This document shows, in pieces, positions 24,355 to 33,221 of a stretch of 40,240 nt of DNA. Below the pieces are notes generated by a model that saw only the letters and a list, made by a program, of their open reading frames with translations, was not told the origin of the DNA and did no database searches. Within the stretch, counting starts at the first letter, position 1. Each line of letters opens with the position of its first letter. The stretch is from a virus (Duplodnaviria; Caudoviricetes), in the IMG/VR virus record IMGVR_UViG_3300012971_000034, positions 1 to 40,240 of that record; one strand, given 5' to 3'. The translations under genes were made by a program, and so were the position numbers.

Positions 24355-26622
24355 TTAATTCCAACCCTGCAATGCGCCCGGCCGGGCGGGCTCGTCGTGC
24401 GCGCCGCTTGATGCGGGCTGCATCTGCGTCGGGCGCGTCATCGGCGTTTTCGAAAACAGCGAGTCCGACAAAGGGCGACCGCCGCCTGGCGCCGGCACTT
24501 CCACTCTCACATTGCCCGTGGCTGGCTCCGTTTGCCGCTGCCGCGCCGTAGCATCGCCGTCAATCCTTTGGCGGGCAGCTGCTTCGGCCGGTCCCTCAGT
24601 GCCACCGAGAACCGAGGCGCCTGCTACCCGCGCCTCATCAGTGGCCTTTTTCATTTCCTTTTGTATTTCAGCTGGAGCGTTCTTCCGCCACGGACCAAAC
24701 CATTGATTGCCGTGCGCCTTTCGAAACGCTTTCCAATCGCCTGTCTCGACCAATTTTTTGTAATCGTCAGGCCAGCGGCGCTTGGAGTATTCATTGACAG
24801 CATCCATCTGCTGTTCTTTGGTGCTTGCCCCTTCGCGCGCTCCGCCTAGCGTCTCTGGACCTTTTCCGTACAGATGCGAAGCCTGCTCCGCTGTCATGCC
24901 AAGATTGCGCACGGCAAAATCGGCATCGCGCCGGTTCATTTGAAAGTAGCCGAAATCCGCACCCATCTTGTAGCCGATTTGGCGGACTGTCGCATTATTG
25001 GCGACCTTATTCAGACTATCGCTGTAAGCTTGACTTTCGCTCCAGCTGCTTTCCGTCTGCGCAATGCCCGAAAGATACCCCTTCGCATAGGTCGGAATGC
25101 CCGACTCGAATGCACCACCTGGATTTGACGGCGGCGCTGTCGTCAGTGTGTTCGGAGTCTTCGGCATGAACGGATCGAACGGCGAGCCTGGTGGCGCGAC
25201 GCTGCCAGGCGAAGGCATTGTCTCGATCGTCGCTGGTACTGGTGCTTTTGGTACGTTCGCCGGGGCTGGCGGCGTTGCTGGTGTTTCCGGCGTCGCGGGC
25301 GTGTAGCTACCGGGAGCGCGCGGCGTGCCAGTCGAGGTGTCGTAACTCTCGCCCGAAGCGCGACCGCCCTCGCCCGTGAAAGTCGCGCCACCGCCAGGCG
25401 ACAGCAGCTGATAAAGATTATCGTTGAGCTGCTTGAGTTGCCGGGTATTCTCGTCGGTCTTTTCTTTCTGATCCTTCAGCTCGGGGATCGCATCGATGCC
25501 GAGCTGCTTGGCCAGGTCGCCGCCTTTCTCTCCGGTGTAAGGAATGGGGATGTGAGGCGCACCGGGCAGCGTATGGCGGAAATGCCGTAGCAGCCAATCC
25601 ATCGGCGAGCCGCGGTCGATCGTGACTTCCGGCAACAAGTCTTTCCAGAAACTCGACCAGTGCTCTTTCATTTTTGACGGATCGCTTTCCGTCAGCAGCT
25701 TGAGCAGATCGGCAGTCAGGTCGTTGATGTTTTTCAGCGTTGCCGGGAACGGACTTTTATCTGGATCGAACCAACGGCTTTGTAGCTCGGCAACGATCGC
25801 GTGAATGTTCTCCTTTGCGCTGTTGGCGTTGGCGGCAACATTCTTCGAATTCTCGTCCATCTTCTCCCAGAACTTGACACGCTCGGCGTCCATCTCGTGC
25901 AGCTCGCGCGTCTGCGCCAGATCGAGACTGAAACCAGTTTCCTCGCGAAAAATACGCTGCTTTTCGGCCGCAGCCTCACGCTGCTGCGCTTCGCTTTCGT
26001 TCTTGTGCTGCTCGCGGCCGAGCTGACCGGCCCTTTCGTAATATTTCTGAATGACATTGAACTGCTCGACTTCGGTGCGAGCACCATATAGGTCCCTTTG
26101 AAAGTCTTCGCGAAATTTGCTGCCGCCCTGTTTTAATCGAATGGCGAGCTGGTCAAACACCTTGGTGCGGTTCTCGGCTGCGACCCTGATGGTATCGGTC
26201 AGGATTTGATCCGCCTCTTGGGCGCTGCGTCCCATGCGGCCGAGCTGGTCGCGAAAATTCATTTTCTGCGCCAGCGTCGTGCCAATCTCCTCGGCGCTAC
26301 GGCTGACCTGGTTCATGGCGATCGCCATGTCGGCGATCTTCTTGGCCGCCAGCGCATAGGCCGCGCCGAGCGCCGCAACACCGCCAACGGTAGCGCCGAG
26401 GCCGCCAGCCAGGCGCACCAATTGTGCAGCTGTGCCGGACGCTTCCAGGCCGACAGCCTTCAGGCCTTGTTGCAGATAGCCGAGCTGCTTGGTGCCTTTC
26501 TCCATATGCCGCGACGTCTCGCCGGTCGCGGCTTCCTTCATCGTGCTCTTGTACTTTTCCAGCTGCGCTTGCGCGTCGCCGGTTAGCCGCACACCGATTT
26601 TTAGTTCTTCGTATTCGGCCAT
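24355..26622 (-). CDS. Tape-measure-like protein 2 with a lysozyme-like domain
   Basis: Helical N-half paralogous to 26629-29925; YLSGIAQTES...FGYFQ...QQMDA...QW muramidase-like motifs at ~24690-25095. Confidence 0.8.
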   Translation of the reverse strand: MAEYEELKIGVRLTGDAQAQLEKYKSTMKEAATGETSRHMEKGTKQLGYLQQGLKAVGLEASGTAAQLVRLAGGLGATVGGVAALGAAYALAAKKIADMAIAMNQVSRSAEEIGTTLAQKMNFRDQLGRMGRSAQEADQILTDTIRVAAENRTKVFDQLAIRLKQGGSKFREDFQRDLYGARTEVEQFNVIQKYYERAGQLGREQHKNESEAQQREAAAEKQRIFREETGFSLDLAQTRELHEMDAERVKFWEKMDENSKNVAANANSAKENIHAIVAELQSRWFDPDKSPFPATLKNINDLTADLLKLLTESDPSKMKEHWSSFWKDLLPEVTIDRGSPMDWLLRHFRHTLPGAPHIPIPYTGEKGGDLAKQLGIDAIPELKDQKEKTDENTRQLKQLNDNLYQLLSPGGGATFTGEGGRASGESYDTSTGTPRAPGSYTPATPETPATPPAPANVPKAPVPATIETMPSPGSVAPPGSPFDPFMPKTPNTLTTAPPSNPGGAFESGIPTYAKGYLSGIAQTESSWSESQAYSDSLNKVANNATVRQIGYKMGADFGYFQMNRRDADFAVRNLGMTAEQASHLYGKGPETLGGAREGASTKEQQMDAVNEYSKRRWPDDYKKLVETGDWKAFRKAHGNQWFGPWRKNAPAEIQKEMKKATDEARVAGASVLGGTEGPAEAAARQRIDGDATARQRQTEPATGNVRVEVPAPGGGRPLSDSLFSKTPMTRPTQMQPASSGAHDEPARPGALQGWN

Positions 26623-26628
26623 GACGGA

Positions 26629-29600
26629 TTACAACGGTGATGCGCCCTGTGGTGCGGCTGCTGTTTTAGTCTCGCCCTTCACGGCCTTGCTGACATCGCC
26701 GAGCGTGAACTTGCGAACGACTTCTGTTTGCTTGAAAGCGCCGCCACCAACAATGTGGATTTTGGTGCCAGGCGGAGCGATAACTTCAGCTTTCAATTTG
26801 CCAGCCGCTTCGACTTCGCTTCGCACTTTTTCGGCGTGTGAACTGTCCATCGTCGTGCGCACCTTGTGTGGATCGGCCGCGAACATCGGGGTTTCTTTGC
26901 CTGGCCCGGTCAGTGGACTATCTGGCAATCCGGCATGCCTGGTGTTCCATTGATGATGCGCGTCTGCTGATAAACCCTTTTCCCATGATCCCGCACCCAT
27001 CATGCTGGTCGGACCAAGATCGAAGTGCATCAAATCCATCGCGCCGTATTTCTTACCGAGCTGACCGCTGAAATATCCGCCCCATCGGAATTTGTTGCTC
27101 AATTCTGGATGCGTCGATAACTGAATTTCTCGCGCCTTATGCGCCAGCGATTGATAAAGATCGAAACTGTCGGGGTTCTGATAGTTGGCGACCTTATGAC
27201 CTTCTTTGTCGATGATCGCGACGTCGATGGCGATGCCACCAGGATGCCACGGTGAGCCTTTGGAGCGACCTTCCTTGCCGCTGGTCACTTCGAGACGGTA
27301 GCCATCGGGCAGCCACTTCGAAGACTCTTTGAGGATTTCATAAAGCCGCGGATCGGCACCATGCGCACCTGGCCGATCTTGAATTGAAAACCGCGGATCG
27401 CCGGGGCCACCTGCGGCCAGCGAAGGCTTCGTCGGCTCTTGCGCTACTGTCGGCTCTTTCTTTGACAGCGAGTCAGCGACATGCGCTTGCGTGCCAAGGT
27501 GCGGGCCCGGGACCTTGTAGCCCTTGCCAGCCGGCGCCGACCAGGAGCTGCTGTCTGGATAGTTATTGTACTCGGGCAATTTGGCGAGCGGTGATAGATC
27601 GGTGTCGTGAAAAGGCGCGATCGTGGTCGCACCGCCAATCCTGCCCTCGGGCTGGCCTTTGACGAATTCGCGCGCTGACTGTGCGCCTAAGCTAAAGCCA
27701 TAAACATGGATCGGGCCGTTGTGTCCCTGCGCGATCTGATTTGCTTCAGCAACCGCTTTGTTGGTTTCCCACGACGACACCGTGACAGGCCGCAAGCCCA
27801 TCGACGCAGCGGTCTTCTCGAACGCACCTTGATCCCAGGCGCCATCTTTGCCCTTAAAGCCGAGCAGAATGCCGCCGTCGGCTTTGCCGCCAGCCGCCTT
27901 ATCCTTCTTTTCTGGAACGACCTCAGGTTTCGGCGGCTCTGCTGCCGGCTTCGCTGCGGTGGGCGGTTTTGCTGGCGTTGTCGGTTTTTCTTGTTCTGCT
28001 GGCTTTGTTGGTGTCCGTTTCTTTTCTCGCTCTTCTAATTCAGCGGGCGATTTATCGAAACCTTGATGCCTTCCGATGCCAGCATGCGGCGCACCATGCC
28101 AGGGCGACCAGTCGTGAGTGCGACCTACATATTTCAGCGTCCATCTAATCGTTTCGTCTTCATTCTTCGGATCGAGCGGATCGAGTCCCGTTTCTTTCTG
28201 AAATACGTTGCCGAGGCCGCCGCCGGTATAGAGCTGGAAAGCACCGCCGGATTTCCCGCGATCACCGAGGAATGAAGTCAAACCTTCCGATCTTGCGACC
28301 GCAACAGCAACATCGGGATCAACGCCGTTCTTAATTGCCTCAGCGCGGATTAAAGCAATCTTATTTCTAGGATCGCCTCGCCCTCCGCCTGGTCCGCTTG
28401 GTGGCGGAGTGCGGCCACCGCCAGTCGGTTCACGTCTGCCGCCATCCGACGGGCGACCGCCGAGTCGCCGCGGTGCGCCGCCACCGACATGCGGACCACC
28501 TAGCCGCCGTGTGCCGCCGCCAGCCGGTGCACCACCGACGCCAGGCGTTCGACTGGCTGCAGCAGCGCCAGGCCCGCCGCCAAGGATGCGGCCGAGGCCC
28601 GACGGCGCACCACCAGGTCCGGGGCCGCCTATACCGCCGCCGCCCTCGGCCGGATGCAGCAGCTGATATATCGTATCGTTGACTTGCTTCAGCCGCTTGG
28701 TGTTTTCCGACTGCGTCTCCTTGTTCTCGCGGGTCGCGCGGCGATGGTCCTCGATGTTGGTCGATGGTCGAAATGTTCGATAGCGACCGAGGTCGTCATT
28801 GTTGGTTCGCGGCGTGCCCGAGCTGCTGAGGCCACCGCCAGCGAACATCTGAATATTGGCCGTCGGGTCTTGCGGCGATCTTTGTTGCTGACCGCCTCCG
28901 CCGCCTCCGCCACGCAATAATTCCAACAGCTGAAATACCCACTGCGGCGGCTTGACGTAGTCCCAAATATTTTTGCCGGTCACGCCAGCATCGATGTCAC
29001 GCAGATATTGCAGAATGTTGGCGCTCATGGTGTTGGCGTTTTCCATCATCCTGGCAAAGCCGGTGTTCGGCTCGAACGCCTTGGAAATAACTTCGTTCTG
29101 AATTTGCCGCAGGTTCTCCTTGGTCTCGTTCCACTTATCCATCGTCTGGCGAATGCGTTCTTCACGCTCGTTCAATTCTTTGGCGCGCTTGTCTTCCAGC
29201 TCTTCCATATTTTTGGCGTGCTGGAATTCCTGATTGATACCCAACGCGTCCAATGTCACGCGATTGAATGCTGCGATCTGCTGACGCACATATTGTTCGC
29301 TGCGATCCTTATTGAGCCGCCTGATTTCGGCAGCGCCATCGTCGAGGAATTTTTTGATGACGCGGAATGCGCCTTCATCGGTCTCGGCTTTGGCCAGCTG
29401 CTCCTGCAGCGGCAGCGCCATATCCGGCCGCCGCAAGCGCTGACTCAGCTCGTCGAACATTTTGCTGAGACCGCGCGTGCGCGCTTCGGTTTGTGCGCGC
29501 AGGACTTGAGCGATGATCTCGCCGGCCCGTTGGCCCTCGATGCCAGCGCGGCCCATTTGTTCGGTCAGATTTTTGACGTTGGCGTAGGTCGATCCAATCT

Positions 29601-29925
29601 CTTCAGCGAAGCGGCCCATGCTGTGCACACGCTCGCCGAACTCAGCCAGCTTTTTGCTGGCCTCGATCGAAGCAAATCCCAATGTCGCGGCGCGGCCTGG
29701 CAAATGGCCCATACGCGCCGTCATTTCTTCGAAGGCCTTCGCCGAGCCCCTGGCCTCAAGGCCCGTCGCCTTCAGAACGCTGCCGAATAGATCGTGCTGC
29801 TCTTTGAGTTTTGCGCTACCGGCTTCGCGCTGAACATCTTTAAGCAGCCTCAGAATGCCGCCCAGACCCGCCGATGCCTGATCGTCAAAAGAGACCTGCA
29901 GCCTTAGTTCGTCGAACTCAGGCAT
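26629..29925 (-). CDS. Tape-measure protein 1 with SLT, alpha/beta-hydrolase and M15 peptidase domains
   Basis: Follows the tail chaperones; helical N-part; GVDP.VAVAVARSEG..GAFQL; VYGFSLGA; WHPGGIAID...RWGG...DLMHFD. Confidence 0.85.
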   Translation of the reverse strand: MPEFDELRLQVSFDDQASAGLGGILRLLKDVQREAGSAKLKEQHDLFGSVLKATGLEARGSAKAFEEMTARMGHLPGRAATLGFASIEASKKLAEFGERVHSMGRFAEEIGSTYANVKNLTEQMGRAGIEGQRAGEIIAQVLRAQTEARTRGLSKMFDELSQRLRRPDMALPLQEQLAKAETDEGAFRVIKKFLDDGAAEIRRLNKDRSEQYVRQQIAAFNRVTLDALGINQEFQHAKNMEELEDKRAKELNEREERIRQTMDKWNETKENLRQIQNEVISKAFEPNTGFARMMENANTMSANILQYLRDIDAGVTGKNIWDYVKPPQWVFQLLELLRGGGGGGGQQQRSPQDPTANIQMFAGGGLSSSGTPRTNNDDLGRYRTFRPSTNIEDHRRATRENKETQSENTKRLKQVNDTIYQLLHPAEGGGGIGGPGPGGAPSGLGRILGGGPGAAAASRTPGVGGAPAGGGTRRLGGPHVGGGAPRRLGGRPSDGGRREPTGGGRTPPPSGPGGGRGDPRNKIALIRAEAIKNGVDPDVAVAVARSEGLTSFLGDRGKSGGAFQLYTGGGLGNVFQKETGLDPLDPKNEDETIRWTLKYVGRTHDWSPWHGAPHAGIGRHQGFDKSPAELEEREKKRTPTKPAEQEKPTTPAKPPTAAKPAAEPPKPEVVPEKKDKAAGGKADGGILLGFKGKDGAWDQGAFEKTAASMGLRPVTVSSWETNKAVAEANQIAQGHNGPIHVYGFSLGAQSAREFVKGQPEGRIGGATTIAPFHDTDLSPLAKLPEYNNYPDSSSWSAPAGKGYKVPGPHLGTQAHVADSLSKKEPTVAQEPTKPSLAAGGPGDPRFSIQDRPGAHGADPRLYEILKESSKWLPDGYRLEVTSGKEGRSKGSPWHPGGIAIDVAIIDKEGHKVANYQNPDSFDLYQSLAHKAREIQLSTHPELSNKFRWGGYFSGQLGKKYGAMDLMHFDLGPTSMMGAGSWEKGLSADAHHQWNTRHAGLPDSPLTGPGKETPMFAADPHKVRTTMDSSHAEKVRSEVEAAGKLKAEVIAPPGTKIHIVGGGAFKQTEVVRKFTLGDVSKAVKGETKTAAAPQGASPL

Positions 29926-29928
29926 TGA

Positions 29929-30126
29929 TTAATCGCCGCTTTGTGCTCGGCGTCGCTCGATCAGCTGCGCGGTGCGATAGCAATGCAGCCGCACATCTTC
30001 GAGAGGCATGTTCAGAAACACATCGGGATGCTGGTGGTAGTGCTCGGCGAGCCGGTAACAATCCAGGATCATTTCTTCTGCGGCGGCTGGACTTATAGCC
30101 ACGCCCGAAGATCGGGGAGAAAAAAA
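29929..30126 (-). CDS. Tail assembly chaperone frameshift extension (gpT/gpE'-like)
   Basis: -1 frame open from the T7 run to the stop at 29929; ILDCYRLAEHYH..P..FLNMPL motif; an independent ATG at ~30072 is also possible. Confidence 0.75.
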   Translation of the reverse strand, partial: FFSPRSSGVAISPAAAEEMILDCYRLAEHYHQHPDVFLNMPLEDVRLHCYRTAQLIERRRAQSGD

Positions 30127-30587
30127 TCGCGTAGCCGATACGCGCACGAATTCCAATCGCGCGGGTCCATCGCTTCGAGCATCGGAGGCAGAATGCCGCT
30201 CAGCGCCGACATGATGTAGTGCATTTTGCGTTCATCGATGACGACGTCACCTTCCTGATTGATCCGGCACGGATTGCCATAGCGATTGATATCGCCGCCG
30301 CGTGGCTGCCGGAATTCCAACGTATCGACCAGGTTGCCATTGCTGTCAGGTATCGGCTTGTAAAGCAGCCTGACGCGCATCGGCCATTTATCTTTGCCGC
30401 CGACGAATTGGTCCACCGGGTCGGGCGGGTCCTCCATATGCGGCGGAGGTGCAGCGCGCTTTGGCTGCTGCTCAGGCTGCGGCTGAGGCCGCGGCTGCGG
30501 TTGAGGTTGCGGCGGCTGTATTTCGATCGTGTCGTCAACTGACTCGTCGGCGACAAACCCTTCGCGAATTGGCTTTGCAACGTTCAC
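30093..30587 (-). CDS. Tail assembly chaperone (Mu gp41/P2 gpE-like)
   Basis: L.KPI...LEFRQP.GGD...M.P.DW...FF; GTGA overlap with the tube gene, AGGAG SD. Confidence 0.85.
   Translation of the reverse strand: MNVAKPIREGFVADESVDDTIEIQPPQPQPQPRPQPQPEQQPKRAAPPPHMEDPPDPVDQFVGGKDKWPMRVRLLYKPIPDSNGNLVDTLEFRQPRGGDINRYGNPCRINQEGDVVIDERKMHYIMSALSGILPPMLEAMDPRDWNSCAYRLRDFFLPDLRAWL
30120..30126 (-). other. Programmed -1 ribosomal frameshift slippery site
   Basis: GAT TTT TTT CTC near the chaperone 3' end; the -1 frame continues FFSPRSS... into the downstream ORF. Confidence 0.75.
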
Positions 30588-30949
30588 AGCACGATCTCCT
30601 GACACGCCAGGCCTTCCCAACGAACGCGAACTTGACCATCACGCGTGTTGTTCTCGAACCCGGCCTTACACGTACCGCCCGTTAAAGTATATTGCATCCC
30701 GTTGGCCAGCTGAGCTACGACGGTGACATCTGTTTCTGCTTCTAAATCCTCAAGCAACAAACCTGGCACCGTTGATAGATCGCCCTCGATGTACGGCACG
30801 CGTGGCAGCTCCTGGTAGCCATGCACGCCATCCTGGCCGGCGAGCATGGTGCGTTCGACAGCGCTCGGTGACACTGTGAAGTTGCCGCGCAGCGCGAGCT
30901 GCTCGCCGTCCACAGTTAGAAACGCAATTCCAGCTATGCGTTGAGCCAT
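30584..30949 (-). CDS. Tail tube protein (Mu gpM-like)
   Basis: RIAGIAFLTVDG...G.DGVHGYQE.P..PYIEG...LANG; AGGAGG SD. Confidence 0.93.
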   Translation of the reverse strand: MAQRIAGIAFLTVDGEQLALRGNFTVSPSAVERTMLAGQDGVHGYQELPRVPYIEGDLSTVPGLLLEDLEAETDVTVVAQLANGMQYTLTGGTCKAGFENNTRDGQVRVRWEGLACQEIVL

Positions 30950-30957
30950 AGCAGAGT

Positions 30958-31003
30958 CCTCCTAGCGATTTGTTTGGAGCAGACTCAGCCGCTGGCCCGG
31001 CTG
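30958..31003 (-). promoter_or_regulatory. Conserved late-mRNA leader (hairpin + CCAAACAAATC + SD), tube copy
   Basis: Minus strand CAGCCGGGCCAGCGGCTG-AGTCTGCT-CCAAACAAATC-GCT-AGGAGG. Confidence 0.7.
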
Positions 31004-31022
31004 ATAGAGAGCGGAGAGGGGA

Positions 31023-32867
31023 TTATTGCGGCGTACCACCGGCCGCTTGGAATGGCGGCGGCGCCTGGCCGATGATCTGGAAGTCGATGCCGCGATCGTA
31101 CTGCAGCCTGAACTGCGCCAGCACTGCAAAGACGCGTAACTGGTTGATCAGATCAGGCGGATACAGGACATTAACCCGGTTCGGATTATCGGGGTCCCTT
31201 TCCACAATTAGATGCGCTTTAAATTCGCGCAAATTTTCCACAAGACCGTTCCACATGTCCTGCTGGTATTCGTTTACGAGTTCAGCCTTGATGATGCCAG
31301 GCGTGACGATCGCCTGCCCCGGACCAAACTTAGTCCCGTCATCAGCAAGCTTATGGCGCGGGAATTTGCTGGTGATCGCATGACGCTGATTTCTGAACAG
31401 CTTTGCCAGCGTGGCCAGCGTAGTGACCAATTCATACGCGTCATCACTCTGACCGTACAGGTTCAGCTGGTACGTTGTTTGCTCTCTGGCGATCATCGGC
31501 TGTCTGTCGGAGCCTGCTTCCTGAATGGCGAGGCCATTCGAGGCCAACGAATTCAGTTCCGGCCAGTTAAAGCGATCCTGAACGGGCGCCAGCTTGATGT
31601 TATTCAACGACAGCGTCTGCAGCGGCCTGGCCGGGTCATTGATCAGCGCGCGCTGCGCCTTGGCCGCATAGGCCGCAGTAACTTCGAACGCTGGCGATGG
31701 CATGGTCTGCTCCATCGCCAAGACCGACTCGACCGGGCTGTTTAAGGTATCGCCGAAAGTCAGCAGAGCCGAATAGGTGCCGCGCTTGGCACAGAAGATG
31801 TGGCCGAATTTTTGGCGTTGCCAACCCCATCGCCCTTGATCGGACATGCCGTATTCCTGATCCCAAGCAAACAAACTGTTGGAGTCGCTGTAGGGCATGG
31901 CAACATATTCGAAGTCGAGCGACTGAATGTTGCTGATGGCATTCGTCATAGTGGGCGTCCCGGTGCCCCCGCTCAGCAGACCGCCCGACGGCAACGTGAT
32001 CCCGAGGCCGGGCGGTGTAATTTCCGAGCCGAGCGTGCCGTAATAGTTCTGCATCACGGTAATCTCGTTGCCGCCCACGCCTTTCCAATGCGCCGTAAGC
32101 GTCACGACACCGGCCGCTGCAGTAGCCGTTACCGGCAATGCGGGACCGCCATCGACATAAAGTGAGCTAATCGCGCTGACGATCGCCGACGCGATATTTG
32201 TCGGCGTGTCGGTCGTCATCACATTCACCGGGACATGCGTGCCCGCGATATACAAGTGAATGGTGCCGGCCTCGGTTGGCGACTGTGTGATGGTGATCGT
32301 TCCAGTAGCCGCGACAGCGCCTGCAGGCTCTGCCACTGGCAGACCCCACACCTCGTTGGCGAAATTGTTGCTGTAGTACCCCTGAAAAATCCGGCTCAAT
32401 TCGGAGCCAGGTCCAAAGGCTTGATCGGCTTGCGATTGGCTGCCGATCGGGATCGGCACATCAGGCGTCGCAGTACCGTATGAACCGGCAACCGCGGCGC
32501 TCCATGTAAGATTGAAAGTAGCTCCCGTGCCCGTTCCGTTGGTCGAGACTTGCGGCACAGGGTTCGATGGTATCGTTTGAGCGCTCCCCGGCGTGGTGAC
32601 TGTCACCGTGGCAACTGCGCCGGTAGTCGCAGTCGCAACGGTGAGTACGACACCGTTGGCCAAATTTATCGTGTTGCCGACGACGTAGCCCGAACCTCCA
32701 GTAGCAACCGTCGCCGCAGTGACCGTTCGGGGCGGAGGTGCGAGCATAGTGCCTACCATCAACGCCTTGAGATTGACCGACGGCAGCCCTGCCATCGAAG
32801 GATCAACCTCGACGTAATAGAGCGGCACTTTGATATTTGCCGGGATATTAGCAAACGAGATAGGCAT
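31023..32867 (-). CDS. Contractile tail sheath protein (Mu gpL-like)
   Basis: ISFANIP...VPL.Y.E, FG.GSEL, DPARPLQTL, FPRHKLADDG, RVNVLYPPDLINQLRVFA. Confidence 0.96.
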   Translation of the reverse strand: MPISFANIPANIKVPLYYVEVDPSMAGLPSVNLKALMVGTMLAPPPRTVTAATVATGGSGYVVGNTINLANGVVLTVATATTGAVATVTVTTPGSAQTIPSNPVPQVSTNGTGTGATFNLTWSAAVAGSYGTATPDVPIPIGSQSQADQAFGPGSELSRIFQGYYSNNFANEVWGLPVAEPAGAVAATGTITITQSPTEAGTIHLYIAGTHVPVNVMTTDTPTNIASAIVSAISSLYVDGGPALPVTATAAAGVVTLTAHWKGVGGNEITVMQNYYGTLGSEITPPGLGITLPSGGLLSGGTGTPTMTNAISNIQSLDFEYVAMPYSDSNSLFAWDQEYGMSDQGRWGWQRQKFGHIFCAKRGTYSALLTFGDTLNSPVESVLAMEQTMPSPAFEVTAAYAAKAQRALINDPARPLQTLSLNNIKLAPVQDRFNWPELNSLASNGLAIQEAGSDRQPMIAREQTTYQLNLYGQSDDAYELVTTLATLAKLFRNQRHAITSKFPRHKLADDGTKFGPGQAIVTPGIIKAELVNEYQQDMWNGLVENLREFKAHLIVERDPDNPNRVNVLYPPDLINQLRVFAVLAQFRLQYDRGIDFQIIGQAPPPFQAAGGTPQ

Positions 32868-32874
32868 GGTTAGC

Positions 32875-32926
32875 CCTCCTGATTTGTTTGGAAAGGACTA
32901 GCCGCTGGCCCGGCTTGTTTGTTTGG
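32875..32926 (-). promoter_or_regulatory. Conserved late-mRNA leader, sheath copy
   Basis: Minus strand CCAAACAAACA-AGCCGGGCCAGCGGCT-AGTCCTTT-CCAAACAAATC-AGGAGG. Confidence 0.7.
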
Positions 32927-32927
32927 A

Positions 32928-33221
32928 TTAGACGTCGTGACCCGCACGACCCTTCGAGGCCGGCTTAGTCTCTTCGTGCTCGTCGAGGACCAGTCTGATG
33001 TCGCCATCGCGCAAGCGCCGCTGCGTGAAAACATCATCCGGCCATTCCAGCGAGCCTTCCGCACGAAAGCCGCCAGCACGCGGGTGTTTCAGCAATCGAC
33101 GCATGTCATCGTTTGCCGGTTCGACGCGCAGGCCTGGCCGTGTGCGCATTGCATTTACTTTCTTTCGCCGCTCGGCGATCTGCTCGCCCTGCGTCTTCAT
33201 CGTCATCTTGATTTCAACCAT
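32928..33221 (-). CDS. Small pre-sheath protein (Mu gp38-like)
   Basis: HP...G..EWPDDVFTQRRLRDGDI motif; AAGGA SD. Confidence 0.8.
   Translation of the reverse strand: MVEIKMTMKTQGEQIAERRKKVNAMRTRPGLRVEPANDDMRRLLKHPRAGGFRAEGSLEWPDDVFTQRRLRDGDIRLVLDEHEETKPASKGRAGHDV

Noticed and set aside
23707-30126. Stop read-through polyprotein (chaperone extension, TMP1, TMP2 and gp43N share one frame, separated by TAA)
   Set aside because: Each ORF has its own ATG, TAA is rarely read through, no suppressor tRNA is present, and shared frame can arise by chance
18112-32867. Stand-alone eCIS/tailocin
   Set aside because: Contiguous with neck, portal, capsid and integrase genes, so it is a phage tail
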